From Guillardia theta CCMP2712 (lineage: Eukaryota > Protista > Cryptophyta): 64,000 nucleotides of DNA. The stretch covers positions 190,273-254,272 of the forward strand of contig NW_005434654.1 in NCBI RefSeq assembly GCF_000315625.1. Direction: 5' to 3'. The position numbers and the translations under genes are program-made. Of the stretch, positions 35,101 through 47,560 are shown in pieces. Under the pieces are notes generated by a model. It ran no database searches, was not told the origin of the DNA, and was given only the letters and a program-made list of their open reading frames with translations. The first letter of the stretch is position 1. Every line of letters starts with the position of its first letter.

Positions 35101-37795
35101 CGAGTTTTGCGAGTTCTGAAAGACGGCCTTCATACACTTCTGAAGTAGAAACGCCGGAAAAAAAGGGAGAATTCATAATCTTATGTTTCAATGACATCAA
35201 GGATGAGTAAGTCTGTACAACCTTCTGACCATATTCCAAAATATGATTGTAGTTGACTTCAAATCCTTGAAAGTTTTGTATCTCCTTATCGAGCGGTTTG
35301 AAGACATCGGTATGTTGTCGCAAGATAGCCAATGTAGACTTCAGGACCGTTTCAGCATGAAACAAATGAGCTTGTCTAGTGTCAGAAGCAGCATTGTTTG
35401 CTGTGTGAAACAAAGTCTCAAAGTCACGTAAAAGAAGTATGAATTGTTCTGATTCTATCAAAGACTCGTCGTTGCTAAGACATTGAGCCAAAATATTTCT
35501 GAAGTGAGTCAAATCGTTGCTCAATGCCTCAATCTGCCAGAAAATCTTTTGATGTGCTGACCATCTCAATGCTTCTTGAATGTTGGCATCCAACGCTTGC
35601 CGAAAATTCTCACGTTTCTCTGACTCAACCTTTTCGTAATATCTCAAGACTTCCGCAAGACTTCGACCATGAACCCGAAACTGTGTTTGGACTCGATTCG
35701 ATGTGAGTTGTGGGTTGCAAGATGGATTGCTATTTTCTTTCTCATGAAAATTTTCGGTCTGGCGAGACTCAATCTCCTTTCCTTGTTCTGCCATCTTCAC
35801 AACCTCAATTAAAAATTCAGAATTTCCTTGAGAATCAAAACCGTTTCTATCGGCGTTAAAATCCAGGATCTCACTCTCAGCCAAATATTTATATCCGCTG
35901 ATTGCATCAATTTCAGTCATATCCACAAGTATACTTGACGCCGTTGCCATGCCTTCATCGAAAACATTTTCAGCTTCTCGCACTATCGAATACACAAGGA
36001 GCCATTGTTCTGAGGGGTTCGCAGCATACCTATCCATAACAAAGGCCAACATGTATTCATTCCAAAATTCATTCGATGAACTTGTCATGTCTGAATTGAA
36101 GGTAAGCACTGAGTCCAAGCTCTGTACATTATTGACATTTAAAGCGCCACAGATCGGAAAGCGCGTGTTGAACTTCCTCTGAAGATCGAAATATTCTGCG
36201 CGGACTTTTTCTCGAAACAAGGATCGGCACAGCTCATCCATTACCTTTGTATCGTTATTGTTTTCAACCATATACATCCATCTATCTTCTGTACACTGAT
36301 CCAAAGCCTCTTCAACAGGCGTATTCACAGCACTTCCCTGGGAGAAACTGTGGAAAAATCTGATTCTTTTGGAAACTTCAATGTCACAAAGATCTGTTTG
36401 GAGGAACTTTTTCATCCTCAACAAAGAATCTTCGGTACTATCAAGATCCGCTTTCCAGGGATATTCCAATGTGACCTTGCCTTGTTCCACAAGTTGAATA
36501 GTTTTCTTCTTCGCCATTTGCAGTGTTGCCCGCCACAAAATTGATTTGAGGAGTGGCAGAAGCAAAGAACGATCTGTGTTATGGGTCTCACAATCGTACC
36601 AACGACCAAGAAATAAAGTTGATTGATTTTCAAGAGCATTGATAATCACTTGCTGCAAAATGCTCGTTTGGACAAGTTCTTGACGTTGTACATTTGATAT
36701 GACACTTTTTAGCCTGTCGGCATCAATTTGAAGAAATTTAGGTAAATCCTGCTTGTCAAGTCTCTGTATGTACTCAATCACAGAGTCTCCAAGGTTGTGC
36801 AAAAGTTCCTCTGATCTGTCACCTGCTCCCTTCTTTGCAGCTAATTTTCGTTGTAGTCGTTCTGACATCGGATTGGCAGCTCCCTTCACAACTTTGGATG
36901 TTTGCATCTCCATGACGTCGTCTTTGCCATGCAGATTTTGATTGCTTTGAGAGCAAAGAGCCAGTGCTTTGGCTCGCACGACCTCCTGTTCAATCATCTG
37001 CCGCTTGATTTTCTTTGCTTCTTCAGCAGTCAATGAACCTGATTCTTTGGATCCATTGCTCTTTTTAATCGGTGCTCTTAGGCCCTGCCGATACAGCTGG
37101 CCAAGTTCTTGCCGTCTTCTGCCCACCTTAATACTGAGATTGTTCAAGTCTTGAGGCACGAATAAACTTCCATTACTCAACCTCGCAACTTCCTGGAAAA
37201 TCATGTGGCGAGCATGGAGCTGCAAGCGTCTGAGACGGTCCGTGAGGTAAATAACATCATCCTTGAAGTCGAGATTCAGCAGGCTATGTACCTTGAGATC
37301 ATCTTCCTCGTCTTTGCTTGCAAGTAATTCGAAATACATTTTATCGTCTGTGGGCCTCGATTTTTCGATTTCTATCACAGCAGTTGAAGCTAATTCTGCT
37401 GCAAAATTGTAGTCGCACAAGCATTCACACACAATTGCACAGCATCGTTCCATCCCGTAAGCCCAGCAAATGTGTTGAGATTTCAGATACATTACGATTT
37501 CGCGCATTTCTAACTTTCTTTTCGGATCCATTGTACTGCTATCCTTGCTTGTGTTCAGAGCACGAGCCAACATTTCTAGACGAAGAAGTTGAAACTCAGC
37601 ATTATATTCTTTGAATTTGCTCACCTCATCCTCAAAAATCTTATTAAACTGCTTGAACTTGAGCTTTTTCGATTCCTTTTTGATTTGATTCGAGAGCTGC
37701 AGCGCATCCTTCTTGCGCTGCTTTTCCTCTTCATCTATACGGTTGGCACGCTGGCCATTTTGATTGCTGACAGATTTCTTTACGTTGCTTGGCAT
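32168..37795 (-). CDS. Ubiquitin-specific protease (peptidase C19, USP53/54-like clade) with coiled coil and PAM2 motif, 1875 aa in one exon
   Basis: Cys box GLDNPKGEYNCFLNVIIQSLW; His box MVCFYGQHY..WVQYDD..QPNVLFYE; two CxxC pairs; PAM2-like KLLSCDAKEFVPG. Confidence 0.9.
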   Translation of the reverse strand: MPSNVKKSVSNQNGQRANRIDEEEKQRKKDALQLSNQIKKESKKLKFKQFNKIFEDEVSKFKEYNAEFQLLRLEMLARALNTSKDSSTMDPKRKLEMREIVMYLKSQHICWAYGMERCCAIVCECLCDYNFAAELASTAVIEIEKSRPTDDKMYFELLASKDEEDDLKVHSLLNLDFKDDVIYLTDRLRRLQLHARHMIFQEVARLSNGSLFVPQDLNNLSIKVGRRRQELGQLYRQGLRAPIKKSNGSKESGSLTAEEAKKIKRQMIEQEVVRAKALALCSQSNQNLHGKDDVMEMQTSKVVKGAANPMSERLQRKLAAKKGAGDRSEELLHNLGDSVIEYIQRLDKQDLPKFLQIDADRLKSVISNVQRQELVQTSILQQVIINALENQSTLFLGRWYDCETHNTDRSLLLPLLKSILWRATLQMAKKKTIQLVEQGKVTLEYPWKADLDSTEDSLLRMKKFLQTDLCDIEVSKRIRFFHSFSQGSAVNTPVEEALDQCTEDRWMYMVENNNDTKVMDELCRSLFREKVRAEYFDLQRKFNTRFPICGALNVNNVQSLDSVLTFNSDMTSSSNEFWNEYMLAFVMDRYAANPSEQWLLVYSIVREAENVFDEGMATASSILVDMTEIDAISGYKYLAESEILDFNADRNGFDSQGNSEFLIEVVKMAEQGKEIESRQTENFHEKENSNPSCNPQLTSNRVQTQFRVHGRSLAEVLRYYEKVESEKRENFRQALDANIQEALRWSAHQKIFWQIEALSNDLTHFRNILAQCLSNDESLIESEQFILLLRDFETLFHTANNAASDTRQAHLFHAETVLKSTLAILRQHTDVFKPLDKEIQNFQGFEVNYNHILEYGQKVVQTYSSLMSLKHKIMNSPFFSGVSTSEVYEGRLSELAKLGENSIKYQIMYSRATSMLENIDKMYGDMKKVLKEVSNTGSYDFQSSSLLFYLYECKADYSEMIRNICICIIRENILTGFKMSQEQEDKRLKEEGALKAVEDLLKSEERLAEQEKLKRDRLAKRKAKEKEKKQRKEMEDTQQKQNSEEEGPVVPLADSKEQESLDADNLGEPDENEHEESDENVDMIQSHSEPDETPCFSSDEPSNVEDSTSIVNAVDPEVQIQEEAKPAESEPKMNTQGGAKLLSCDAKEFVPGSPSQASNDNPTGVQPGKSANKTEKKSEKAKKTSKGKGQQNVSKQKVGDRIPHHENAGIPPPGNPQMQHPQALPGPGNLPRGGHFLAMNPMNPAMCGPAMLPTNVPPYFMGIPTGMRPILSDGRINEMPMAPACPPVPMAWGMHPSAMCAMHNPAIGMHCPPVGLHGSPVNNHAGAAVPWSDAEGLPGSNATDKNLQPPQFNARPPAPGMSPQQIEPNERVDQVKDNGSGQQALKDAPTDSHLQPEPTASQQAESAAKSMPPPNAWAAALKKTEDGERTATRKVAAGDSLEIPLGSTKMQDSQSPELEQALRNEDVTSLQLPSIHLRPEQSFGTREYGNVWGASHGEALEKNGEISAKDLGKGLDNPKGEYNCFLNVIIQSLWQLESFREALLTNSELSLRPDDESEAAAFLRSLAKVFSSLSGSKSGVDVVTEGSNKPPAAANAWASGPPAIVSAPVGNAWGSGGKNLFVVDPTECRKALSSIFMSRKRSQVHEMADASEALNDILETLQLFFEQSGKTDSSDASSNIVLGSFGLKVKEGLRCSTCGYKMQEQSYTRFFHYVPPKLLADVHQQLRDQKLSPEDLLREAYARDTRTCPGCKEGNAMFECSQALFSCPDIFSLVLVWETTSATPDDISLLFHQLPLVLDLSLVYSGVPSGSKYRLRCMVCFYGQHYVLLSYKPRVKQWVQYDDSSVKRVGDWKEVVERCRLGRFQPNVLFYERCT

Positions 37796-38469
37796 TGATA
37801 CACTTTTGAAATAAATCGACTCAGGGCGTCGACATTTTCATGCAGCTTGCAGTGTTTGATGGTAGAAATGACAAATGAAAAGATCAAGCTTTGATTGCAT
37901 CACTTCACTTCATGTTCTTAACCAAGAATTATACTCCTACAAATAAAATAACAATTAGTCATCAATCCTCTGATTTCTTGATATGCAGATATGACATAGT
38001 TTAAGACAGTTGCCGTTGCATGCCAAGCAAAGCAGGGTGGGACGAATTTAGACAAAGGAGTGAATCACAGAAATGAAAAGGGGTAAATGCGTGCACAAAG
38101 CGCTGATACATGGTATGAGCATGAGGAAAACAGACAAAAAAACGCGATATGGAAACTGTACGATCAATGCAACGATCGAACAATTCTCTAGCAACCATAT
38201 CCTCCGACTTTGAACTCGCACCTCCCGTGCCTCCCACTCTATCACCGCTCTCTCAATCACAATCACCCTTCACCCCTGTCATGACACTTCATCCCATGAG
38301 CGATCATTTCTTTCCTTTTCTAGGGAGTAAGCTCTTCTCTCCTCTCCCACCCCTCCTCCTCCGAATACCTCCTGTCCTCTGACAGCCATGCAGCGGCGGG
38401 AACGAGGGAAAAAAAAATATGTTCCGTTACACTAAACGTTGTGAACCGTTGCGTAGAAACACGGTCTGC

Positions 38470-39000
38470 TTGCGGGCGGCCGGCCGCCGGGGCCGCCCGG
38501 CCGGGCCGGGCACCAGTGACTCAGCCAGGAGTCCGTCGGACCCGGCGTCGCGGCGTGCGGACTGAGCGGGCTCGGAACCGGTGCCAGGGCTCAGAGTCGG
38601 AGCTGCCGCCCGGGCCGGCCCCGGGCTGCAGTGCCGGCACCGCCGCTGAGTGAGCCTCCGAGTCGGCCGGCGCCGCCCGGCCGCAGGGCCCGGGCCCCTG
38701 CCACGCGGCCGGGCCGGAGCACGCCGTATACTATCATGCCACGGGGGCCCGGGAGGGGGTAATGATGGCCGCGCCCCGGCCGTCCCGGTCGGACCCCGGG
38801 CCGCCGCCCCATGCCTCAATGCCGGGCCGCTGTCACCGACGGTTTCAACTCAGCCTGTAGCAGTCACACAGAGTCGGATGCTGAGTCACAGCCTGGCAGA
38901 GTCGCCAGCCGTACGGTAGTACGGTACGGTACTGACGGGGACCGTACGGCCCCAGCCGGCTGAGCCGCGCCTCGTTCAGCCCGCCAGGTTCCGAAAGCTT
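38470..39000. other. GC-rich CCGG/GGCC island upstream of the USP gene
   Basis: Same word content as the other islands (ccgg, tgactc, gtcac, ccgtacgg). Confidence 0.6.
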
Positions 39001-39448
39001 CGCTGTGAAGCCTCTGATGAGACTCAGACTCGTGACGAGTCGCCTGCCATGATCATCCGACCGGATTGTCCCGGCAGTGGATATACCACGGCACCGTGAC
39101 TCGTGACACGAAGCGTTTTTAAAACGGGCAGTAATAATAAAGATCCGAGGCTACAGTAGCGGCTAGTAGTAACAAGTAAAGCAAAGCGTTCTAACTCAGA
39201 GCTCCCAGTCACGTGCCCACTTTCCGGCCTCCCGTTGCCCGCGGCCTCGTTCAATATCCTGGGAGATACCGGGGATAGCGAGGAGATCCGAAGGAGATAC
39301 CGCTTGGACTCCGGAGATGAGTCTGGACGTTTGACTGTCACACGCCCACACTTCCGCCGCCGCCCCTAGCAACAAGCCTACAGGACTGCCCTTCGCTGCT
39401 GCCTCGCTGCTCCCCGGAGGAATCCTCCCCAACCACAACCAGAGCTTA

Positions 39449-39694
<246 letters not shown>

Positions 39695-40079
39695 TCATGA
39701 CGGGCTCGTCACGGCAATGTCTGCCTCGTCGACCTCTCTACACCCCCTCCCTTCGCCCCACACCCGAGTTTGTATTCCTTGACTATTTCGGTTCAAGCTT
39801 GCTCGTCTCTTGTCCAGTCTCTGATAGCTCCAACCTTGTCCTCGACTTCACAAGTATCTGCGCCGACGACTCCGAAGGCTTTTGCTGCTGGGCAGATGTC
39901 GAGACAAACTACAACAGATGCGCACTTGAGGAAAAGAAGGGAGGGAGCGGAATAGAAAAGCGAGTTAGGCAAGTCTGTCTTGGACGTATGGCGCATATAA
40001 GTGAGGCCAATGATGTCAATGCCGGCCATCAGGCAGTAATGGTAGGGAGTGATCGCAAGGATGAAGAGTCTATAAAATA

Positions 40080-41110
40080 AATCGTCCATTGAGTGGCGGG
40101 TCACAATCGAATATCCCCATGCAGAACACCACGCAACAGAGCTCCTTACCATGCTTTACGGAAACCACTAAGGTCCGTAAAAGTCCGGTATCGATACACA
40201 TTCCTCGTACATGTCATTGATTGTGTTGGAAGTGAAAAATGAACAGAGAAAGCAGGGATGCAATCACGAGGATGAATAACACCATCTGTATCCATGGGAA
40301 CCCCAGGCCGAGCAGCAATATCCTGGATAAGGGTGTTACACGACCGCTCTGTGATTTCAAAAATCCCAAAAAACACGGAAACCATCATCGGCATCATGAC
40401 TGCCACACCACAACACTGCATCTGGTACCAGCACTCCACCAGCGAAGAAGGAATGCTCAAGCACGACTCTAGCAGCACCTACAACATGATGCTAGCCAAC
40501 GTGGTATGCATCAAGACCACCAAGGAGAAAGAGCCAGGTGCCGACATGAACGTCTTCATGTTTGCCGGCTTCGACCCTTCGCTAGCCTTCAACAGCAATG
40601 CGCAGGCGGTCTTCGACAGCTTCCTAGGTGTGAAGATGAAGATCGTCCCAGCGAACATCACGGGGAAGAACCTCACCATGGTTAAAACAAATTATGCCAA
40701 ATCAGAGATAGGAACTATTGGAAGTGATCGTTCTCGTCAGAACTAGGTGTCTTCTTCCCCTTTTGTGTGTGCACCACGTCTGTTTGGGCCACACCAACGT
40801 GTGTTGGCTTGCTTTGTTTGGTGTGTGAGATAAAGAGAGATAGATCTCCTTCTGTCACACTCCTTTCCTCTTAGTCGACAAACTCCAGCGCAAGTTCTTG
40901 TTGAGCGACCGTCTGAGACACGACTACGAAGTTGAGAGGTTCCTCGCCGGGCGTACGCGTGGACGTGGACAGCAATATCTCGTCAAATGGAAAGGCTATT
41001 CTGACGCTTCAGAAACTCCTGGCTTCCCGCAAAAACATCGTCGTCAGCGTTTTTTCAGGAATTCTTCAGATGATGCCTTGGAACAAGCAGCGCTCGACGC
41101 CGACGAGTAA
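40080..41110 (+). mobile_element. Degenerate element remnant with a frameshifted chromodomain (chromovirus/Polinton-like?)
   Basis: YEVERFLAGRTRGRGQQYLVKWKGY at ~40924-41000, continuing as SWLP/KNI only via frameshifts. Preceded by an intronless, stop-interrupted ORF (40294-40746). No RT or integrase visible. Confidence 0.45.
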
Positions 41111-41738
41111 GCTTGGTCTGCTTCGGATGGTCCTGCTGACCTCATCGTTCATGAGCAAACTTTTACGTAACATGGAATTCTTGCCGTCGCACAGTGGGAG
41201 CAATGTGGTACAATGGATCAAAGTTCATAACACAGACAGACTGCGGCAGGACAGGCAGAAAACCTGTCCTGCTTGTGCTCTAGAAAACGCATTTCCTGAT
41301 TGTTCCAGTGATCTATCTTGTTATCAAAGCTTGAGTTACAACGTATAGTAAGGTTGATAAAGTTAACCGAGGCTTCAATTGCGCATCAAGAGTTGTAAAC
41401 AAAACGTTCCATGATCCTCATTTGAAACATTCTATTCCCCCTACCTCCCCCTACCTCCATTTTCTCTTTCCTCCTCCCGCTCTTCTCCTTCTCCCCTCAC
41501 GCTCTTCTCTTTCCTCCCCCTCCTTCTCTCCTCCCGCTCTTCTCGCTCTTCTCCTTGCTCATGGCATTTCACTCCTCCAGCGTTGGGTCAAATGTAGGAC
41601 CGGTCATCCCATTGTGGATACCGGGTGTGATGACTGTTCATCTGTCTATTTTTATGGGGTAGGTACCCGAACAAAGGCAACTGGGTAGGGCATCTTTTCT
41701 CCGAGATGTTGGGACGCTGCCTCATGTTTTTAAGGGGG

Positions 41739-41815
41739 AGAGCAGTAGAGCAGTAGAGCAGTAGAGCAGGAGAGCAGGAGAGCAGGAGAGCAGGAGAGCA
41801 GGAGAGCAGAGGAGG
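41739..41815 (+). repeat. 8-bp microsatellite (AGAGCAG[TG])n
   Basis: Directly visible tandem run. Confidence 0.9.
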
Positions 41816-42075
41816 AGAGCGAGTCCAGAGACAGAGGGACACGGATAGAACGACAGACACAAGCACGATGATGAAGAGGACATGCGGATGGTGTTGATAG
41901 CAAGAACGTCAACTCTATCCAATAGTGGACTTTGAGCTTTTCACGGCCAAATTTGATGAGAATGGTTTGAAGAGTTTTATCCCGTTGCACTACAGCTCGA
42001 GGGAAAGAAATCATTGACAAGAGGAGTTGCGAAGTGTTGACCATGGGTTTGCCATGCTGATCACGATCAGTGCAA

Positions 42076-44235
42076 ATGCATGACAAGCTGAGCACATTCT
42101 TGACACCTTGTTCCTCCATACAGCCGCAGACCCATTCTCAACATATTTCAGCTGGACCCGACAGGATCGGCAAAGTTGGCAGTCATGCCAGAGGTGAGGC
42201 TCATACACATAACGACACACGAGCTCATGCTATTGTTTCCCAGCGTTCAGACTGGCTCACCATCAACGGGGTTCCTCTGGAGAGGCGGCTGCAGACAGCG
42301 GCCGTCGCAGCTTTCGTCACTGCTCTACCGCTCATGCCGATGAGTGTCATGTGCCACATCTGCTCTCCTTTGCGATCGCTGACGATGCTGGTCAGACTTG
42401 CGATTGTCCTGCTCAGCAGGTGGCCCTACCAGCCTCTGATGATCTTGTACCTCACGTACTGGTAAGGGGGAACCGACGGGCGGGTTGTCAAATGACGTGT
42501 GATGGTTTCAGTTGCTTCTTCGATGCAAGTCCCCAGACCGGGAGGCGGAAGTCAGAATGGTTCCGAAACCTGGGGTTCTGGAAATACTTCAAGGATTTCT
42601 TTCCGATCTCAGTCAAGAAGACTTCGGGTTCTTGTTTGATGAGATTGGTTCGAGCATTGTGAACGATTCGAACGCAGAGCTGGATCCGACGAAGAACTAC
42701 ATCTTCGGGTATCATCCTCACGGCATTATTGGGTGCGGTCTCTATTTTGCTCTTGCTACCTCGTCGGGGTGCAGCCTTGATGAGAGAGCTCTCTCGTTGC
42801 CAGGTTTGGAGCAATCTCCTGTTTTGCGACAAACGCTCATGATCCTAAAACTCTTCTGCCTGGTAGGGTAGAAGGAAAACAGAGATATTCATGGATAGAG
42901 CAGGAGCGAGGGAGCGAGGGAGGAGAGGGGAAGGAGGGGAGGGAGGGAAGAGTCGGCTCATGTTTTCTCTGAAGGACTCGACCTTTATCTTCTCACCCTC
43001 CCAATTCAGTTTCGATTGCCATTCATCCGAGAGGTACTTGGCCGCCTCCCCCATCTCGTATGTGAGCCTCCGTGCAGGTCTGGCTGCTGATGGGCATCTG
43101 CGACAGCTCCAAGGAGACGTTTAAGAGAATTCTGTCCAAGGGTCCAGGATCGTCACTGGCTGTAGTAGTGGGAGGTGCAGCAGAAGCGTTAAAGGTGTGA
43201 AAGCTGCTCTTGCTGAATTCTGGTCGCTGACTGGTAGCAAGTCCTCACCGGGTAAGATCGATCTGACGCTCAATGCACGGAAAGGATTTGTAAGGCAGGT
43301 AAATACGAGGAGAGGAAATCGGGGAGTGCGGGGGAGCGGAGGAGAAAGCACAGGAAAGCGCAGGACAGGATGGAGTGAAAATGAAGCATGGAGGAGGAGG
43401 TGCTGAGTTTGAACTTGACTACAGGCGCTGCTTCATTCTGCTTCTCTTGTTCCTGTGATCGCCTTCGGGGAGACCGACGTGAGCTGATGATGGCATACGG
43501 AGGAGAAAGAAAGACCAACTGAACTTTGTGTCAGGTGTATGGTGTGTTGCAGAACCAGTTCTTCAAGAAAGTACAAGTCAGACTTCAGGTCTGTCTTGTC
43601 TTCTAGAGGAAGAAAGCTTGCTTATAGAAAAGTTTCAGAAATGGTTTGGGTTTGCCATGCCTTTGTTTCATGGCAGAGGAATCTTCAATTACAACTTCGG
43701 TCTCATTCCCCACAGACGTCCTATAACCGTCGTTTTGGGCAGGTGGACAACATTTCATCATCGTTATTTTCTTGTTCTCTTCTTCATTATCTCAATCATC
43801 ATCCCTTCCGTCATCATCATCACCACCATCATCATTATCATCATCATCACCACCACTACCACCACTTTGATTATCACTATGACCACCACTATGACTACCA
43901 TATCTCACGCCATTTCTTCTTCGTGTTCAAACTTTCATGCAGAGCCATCGAGGTACCAACGAATGATTCAGAGGGGAACCCGATTGCAGCCAAAGGTATG
44001 AGAATGACTTTGTTTCTTTCTTGTGACAGGAGCAAAACAGGAGAAAGGTGGCTTGTGGAATCCGATGAGGTGTTTGCTCTGTCGACTTATCGTTAAGCTC
44101 ACTTCTCGTTGATGACAGGGAAGAGCAATAGTTGCAAAGATTCACGCGCAGTATGTGGAAGAACTTCGCCAGTTGTATGACGAGAACAAAGAGAAGTTCT
44201 ATTCTCACTGCAATGCCACCTTGAGTGTAACATAG
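42076..44235 (+). CDS. DGAT2: Diacylglycerol acyltransferase type 2 (DGAT2/MOGAT family), multi-exon
   Basis: [68 protein letters not shown] and [16 protein letters not shown]. Start approximate. Confidence 0.9.
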
Positions 44236-44406
44236 AAAAACTGAAGTCAAAGTCATATGTCATCATTGGGATTTATCTCGATGTCAACACGGTGTCTGAG
44301 GCAGGAAGACGAAGATTTGTGTACAAAATGTACTAAAGAATGCAAGCTAATGATCTACCACAAATCACACCTCCCAATAGGATGTATGGACAAGCCATTG
44401 TCCAGT

Positions 44407-46942
44407 TTAAACTTTCCTGCGCACAAGGAATTGATCTCTCCTCTTCATGTACTCCTCGAACGATTCGTTGCTCCTGCATGGAACGGTCACGATGATACTT
44501 CACTCCATCCTCACACTCACGGGATGGGGACAGGAGGAGGAACGTAATCATCCTCAACCTTTGGCTCCTCAATCTTCATTTCTACCTTTGGCTTCGGGGC
44601 CTCAACTGGCTCTACGACCTCAACCTTCTGCGGAGGAGCCGCAAGAATGGCTTCTCTGTGCTTCAAGTAGTCCTCGAACGACTCAGGGGTGGTCCCCTTC
44701 CTTGCCGTGTCCACGAACGCCACAGCCTGTGGCCTCACCTGCTCCTCGTCAACCGCGGCTCGAGGTGGAAGAAGCTTGACTCACCTCCTGCTTGGGTTGA
44801 GCTGGAGCAACTTTCTGCTCGGGCTGCTTGACAACTGCAGGAGCTGCGGAAGGAGGCTTGGTGGCAGGAGCAAAGGAGGAAGCAGGCGAGGTAACAGGGG
44901 CAGGGGCAGACGAAGGGGCAGGGGCAGACGGAGCGGGAGGGGCATAAGGAGCAGGCGATGCAGCAGGAGCTTCAGTTCTGGCACGAGGAGCGTAGCCTGA
45001 CGTCGAGTAGCTGATGCGATTTCCAGACTGAGCTTGAGGAGGTGCTTGAACAGGAGCGGGGGCCGGAGCTGCCGCAGCTGGCGCTGGTGCGGCTGCGGAT
45101 CCTCCCTGGCGTGCCTTCATGTACTCCTCGAACGACATCGCCGGCCTGCCTCCCTCGTCAGCCTCTCCCTTCTCTCCCTCCATCTCAGTCACTCACGGCA
45201 CGTAGGTCTGCTTGGACTTGGGGTCGTTGGGGTCGATCCTGGTCGAGACCGGGTCACGGGTGTGGGCCTTCTTCTCGCCGCCCCAGCCGGCGTCAGGGAG
45301 ATCTCCGGCATCCTGAGCTGGCTTGCCCTGCCAACCGCAAGTCAGATCAAGGCAATAGGTAAGCAAGCTCAGCTACCGCAGGTTCATTGTACTGAGGAGC
45401 GTAGGAAGCAGCAGGGGCGGAGGCGGGGGCCGAGCGAGCTCCGGGAGTGTATCCGCCAGTGGTGGAGTAGCTCACGCCCCTGCTCGGAGCAGCCGAGGAC
45501 TGGGGAGCGTAGGAAGGAGCAGCGCTGTACGAGGCCGAGGCAGCAGGAGCCGGGCTGGCCGAGCGAGCTCCGGGAGTGTATCCGCCAGTGGTGGAGTAGC
45601 TCACGCCCCTGCTCGGAGCAGCCGAGGACTGGGGAGCGTAGGAAGGAGCAGCGCTGTACGAGGCCGAGGCAGCAGGAGCCGGGCTGGCCGAGCGAGCTCC
45701 GGGAGTGTATCCGCCAGTGGTGGAGTAGCTCACGCCCCTGCTCGGAGCAGCCGAGGACTGGGGAGCGTAGGAAGGAGCAGCGCTGTACGAGGCCGAGGCC
45801 GCAGGAGCCGGGCTGGCCGAGCGAGCTCCGGGAGTGTATCCGCCAGTGGTGGAGTAGCTGATGCGTCCGCCAGAGGGAGCTGTGGAGATCAATCAGTTAC
45901 TTTAACTTGGAGTACTTGTCGTGCTACCAGCAGAAGAAGAGCTTGTTTGTTGCTCCGCTACAGAGGTTTGCAAACGCATGAGTATCTGGGAAACGTCTTT
46001 CGAATGGTTGTACCTGCTCTTTTCTTTTGAAGGTACTCTTCGTATGGTGACAAGGCTGCCTCTTGTTTGCTTGTCGGCGACGTGTTGGACTCTCCAGCCA
46101 TCCTTTTCTTCATGTACTCCTCGAAGCTTGTTGCTGGCCTGCTTGCAAGTCACTCACACCGCTCGGCTCAGACTACATGTCTTACGGCACGTAGGTCTGC
46201 TTCGACTTGGGGTCATTCCTGTCCAGGTGGGTTGAGACAGGATCGCGAGTGTGTGCTTTCTTCTCTCCTCCCCATCCTGCGTCTGGCAAATCGCCGGCAT
46301 CCTGAGCAGGCTTGCCGTACGTAGTCGTCTGACTTCTTCCAATGGTTTTCTACCAACATGGTCATGTATCGTCAGAGTTGACAAACATTTCTGTTACAGT
46401 TTCAATGACGCCGCTTGGGGCCACATAGTTCGAAGCTGGGATAGAAAAGACGGGTGATCTAGCCTTTCCTGAGGCTAAGGATTGAGCTCAGCTTGTACTA
46501 CATTTCCAACACACATGCAATACCTTGATTTTGTCTTCGCTTCATATACTCCTCGAATGACTCCGCTGGCCTGTAAAGCCTTGAGTGGAGCTGCAAAGCA
46601 CCCCACAAGAAGAACTCACGGCACGTAGGTCTGCTTGGACTTGGGGTCGTTGGGGTCGAGCCTGGTCGAGACCGGGTCACGGGTGTGGGCCTTCTTCTCG
46701 CCGCCCCAGCCGGCGTCAGGGAGATCTCCGGCATCTTGTGCTGGTCGATAAGAAAGGCGAAGCGAAACTTTCGACGGAGTCTACGAAGAGACAAATTTAG
46801 ATGTGAAAGGAGTTAAGGAATAAAGTGTAGACAGGGACAAGATGCAGTCTTGACATCAACAAGATTGTTCATATTGACTCACTGGAATACACGATCCCAC
46901 GAAAGCAGCAGGCGCAGACGACGAGGACAAAGGGGTGAGCAT
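44407..46942 (-). CDS. Multivalent repeat protein paralog A (3 DAGWGG/TRDP modules, 6 FEEY-type helices, 5 SYST(T/S)GY-type stickers)
   Basis: Exon 1 46942-46883 reads MLTPLSSSSAPAAFVGSCIP, spliced to TPSKVSLRLSYRPAQDAGD. GT-AG introns keep the frame through to ESFEEYMKRRDQFLVRRKV*. Confidence 0.8.
45410..45880 (-). repeat. Coding tandem repeat, 129-bp/43-aa unit, 4 copies
   Basis: SYSTTGGYTPGARS occurs four times in ORF 45347-45892. Confidence 0.95.
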
Positions 46943-46974
46943 GGCGGCGCTGGAGGCTGCGTGGGTGCTGCTGA

Positions 46975-47260
46975 CTAAAGGTTTTACAGCCAAAAAAAAT
47001 TATGTTTTACAGCGAAAAAAACTCCGAAACGCAGTTTACAGCCTACCTGTACCCACCATTCTGGAGATGGTTAAGTCATGACCCCCTTAAATCCCTGACA
47101 AGTACCCACCCAAATTCAGGTTTAGATGTCACCGAGAATAACCCACCTTGGTCCATGCGGGCGGCTGTTGCCCTACCAAGTACCACAAGGTACCCCACCC
47201 CCGGCCCTCCATATCTCGTTGATTCCCTCCCGTCTGGTTTTAGCCAGATGGTATAGTGAA
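46975..47260. promoter_or_regulatory. Upstream region of paralog A with three TTTACAGC motifs and TACCC-rich DNA
   Basis: tttacagc at ~46983, ~47006 and ~47035, within 100 bp of the ATG. Confidence 0.55.
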
Positions 47261-47504
47261 ACTATTACTCAACTTGACAGCGACAGCTGCTGGCTCCATC
47301 ATGTCACGGGGTCCTGACGGGGTCCCGGGCCGGAAGTTGAAGGGCGGGGGGGACCGTCCCGGAAGTCACAGGCCCTTCAGTGTCCGCCAGCAAGCCTACG
47401 GGGGTACAGCCTCTGATGAGAGGCCGGCCCGGCCAGTCACTCCCTGTCCGGCCCGTCAGGTGAGGCTCCGGCCGGGACTCGGGACTCCAGACGGTGGCAG
47501 TCAG

Positions 47505-47560
47505 ACTTTACTCAAAGTTAAGTGAAAGTTAAAAATCAGTACGAGGACAATCAGGAGACG
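47505..47560 (-). repeat. Diverged inverted copy of the element upstream of both intact PP2C genes
   Basis: ctttactcaaagttaag..aatcagtacgaggacaatcaggaga is the reverse complement of tctcctgatcgtcctggtactgat..ttaactttgagtaaag at 22271-22318 and 24599-24646. Confidence 0.7.

Noticed and set aside
45034-45861. 275-aa plus-strand repeat ORF (ELRECIRQWWSS)
   Set aside because: Antisense reading of the paralog A repeats; splice signals and leader support the minus strand.
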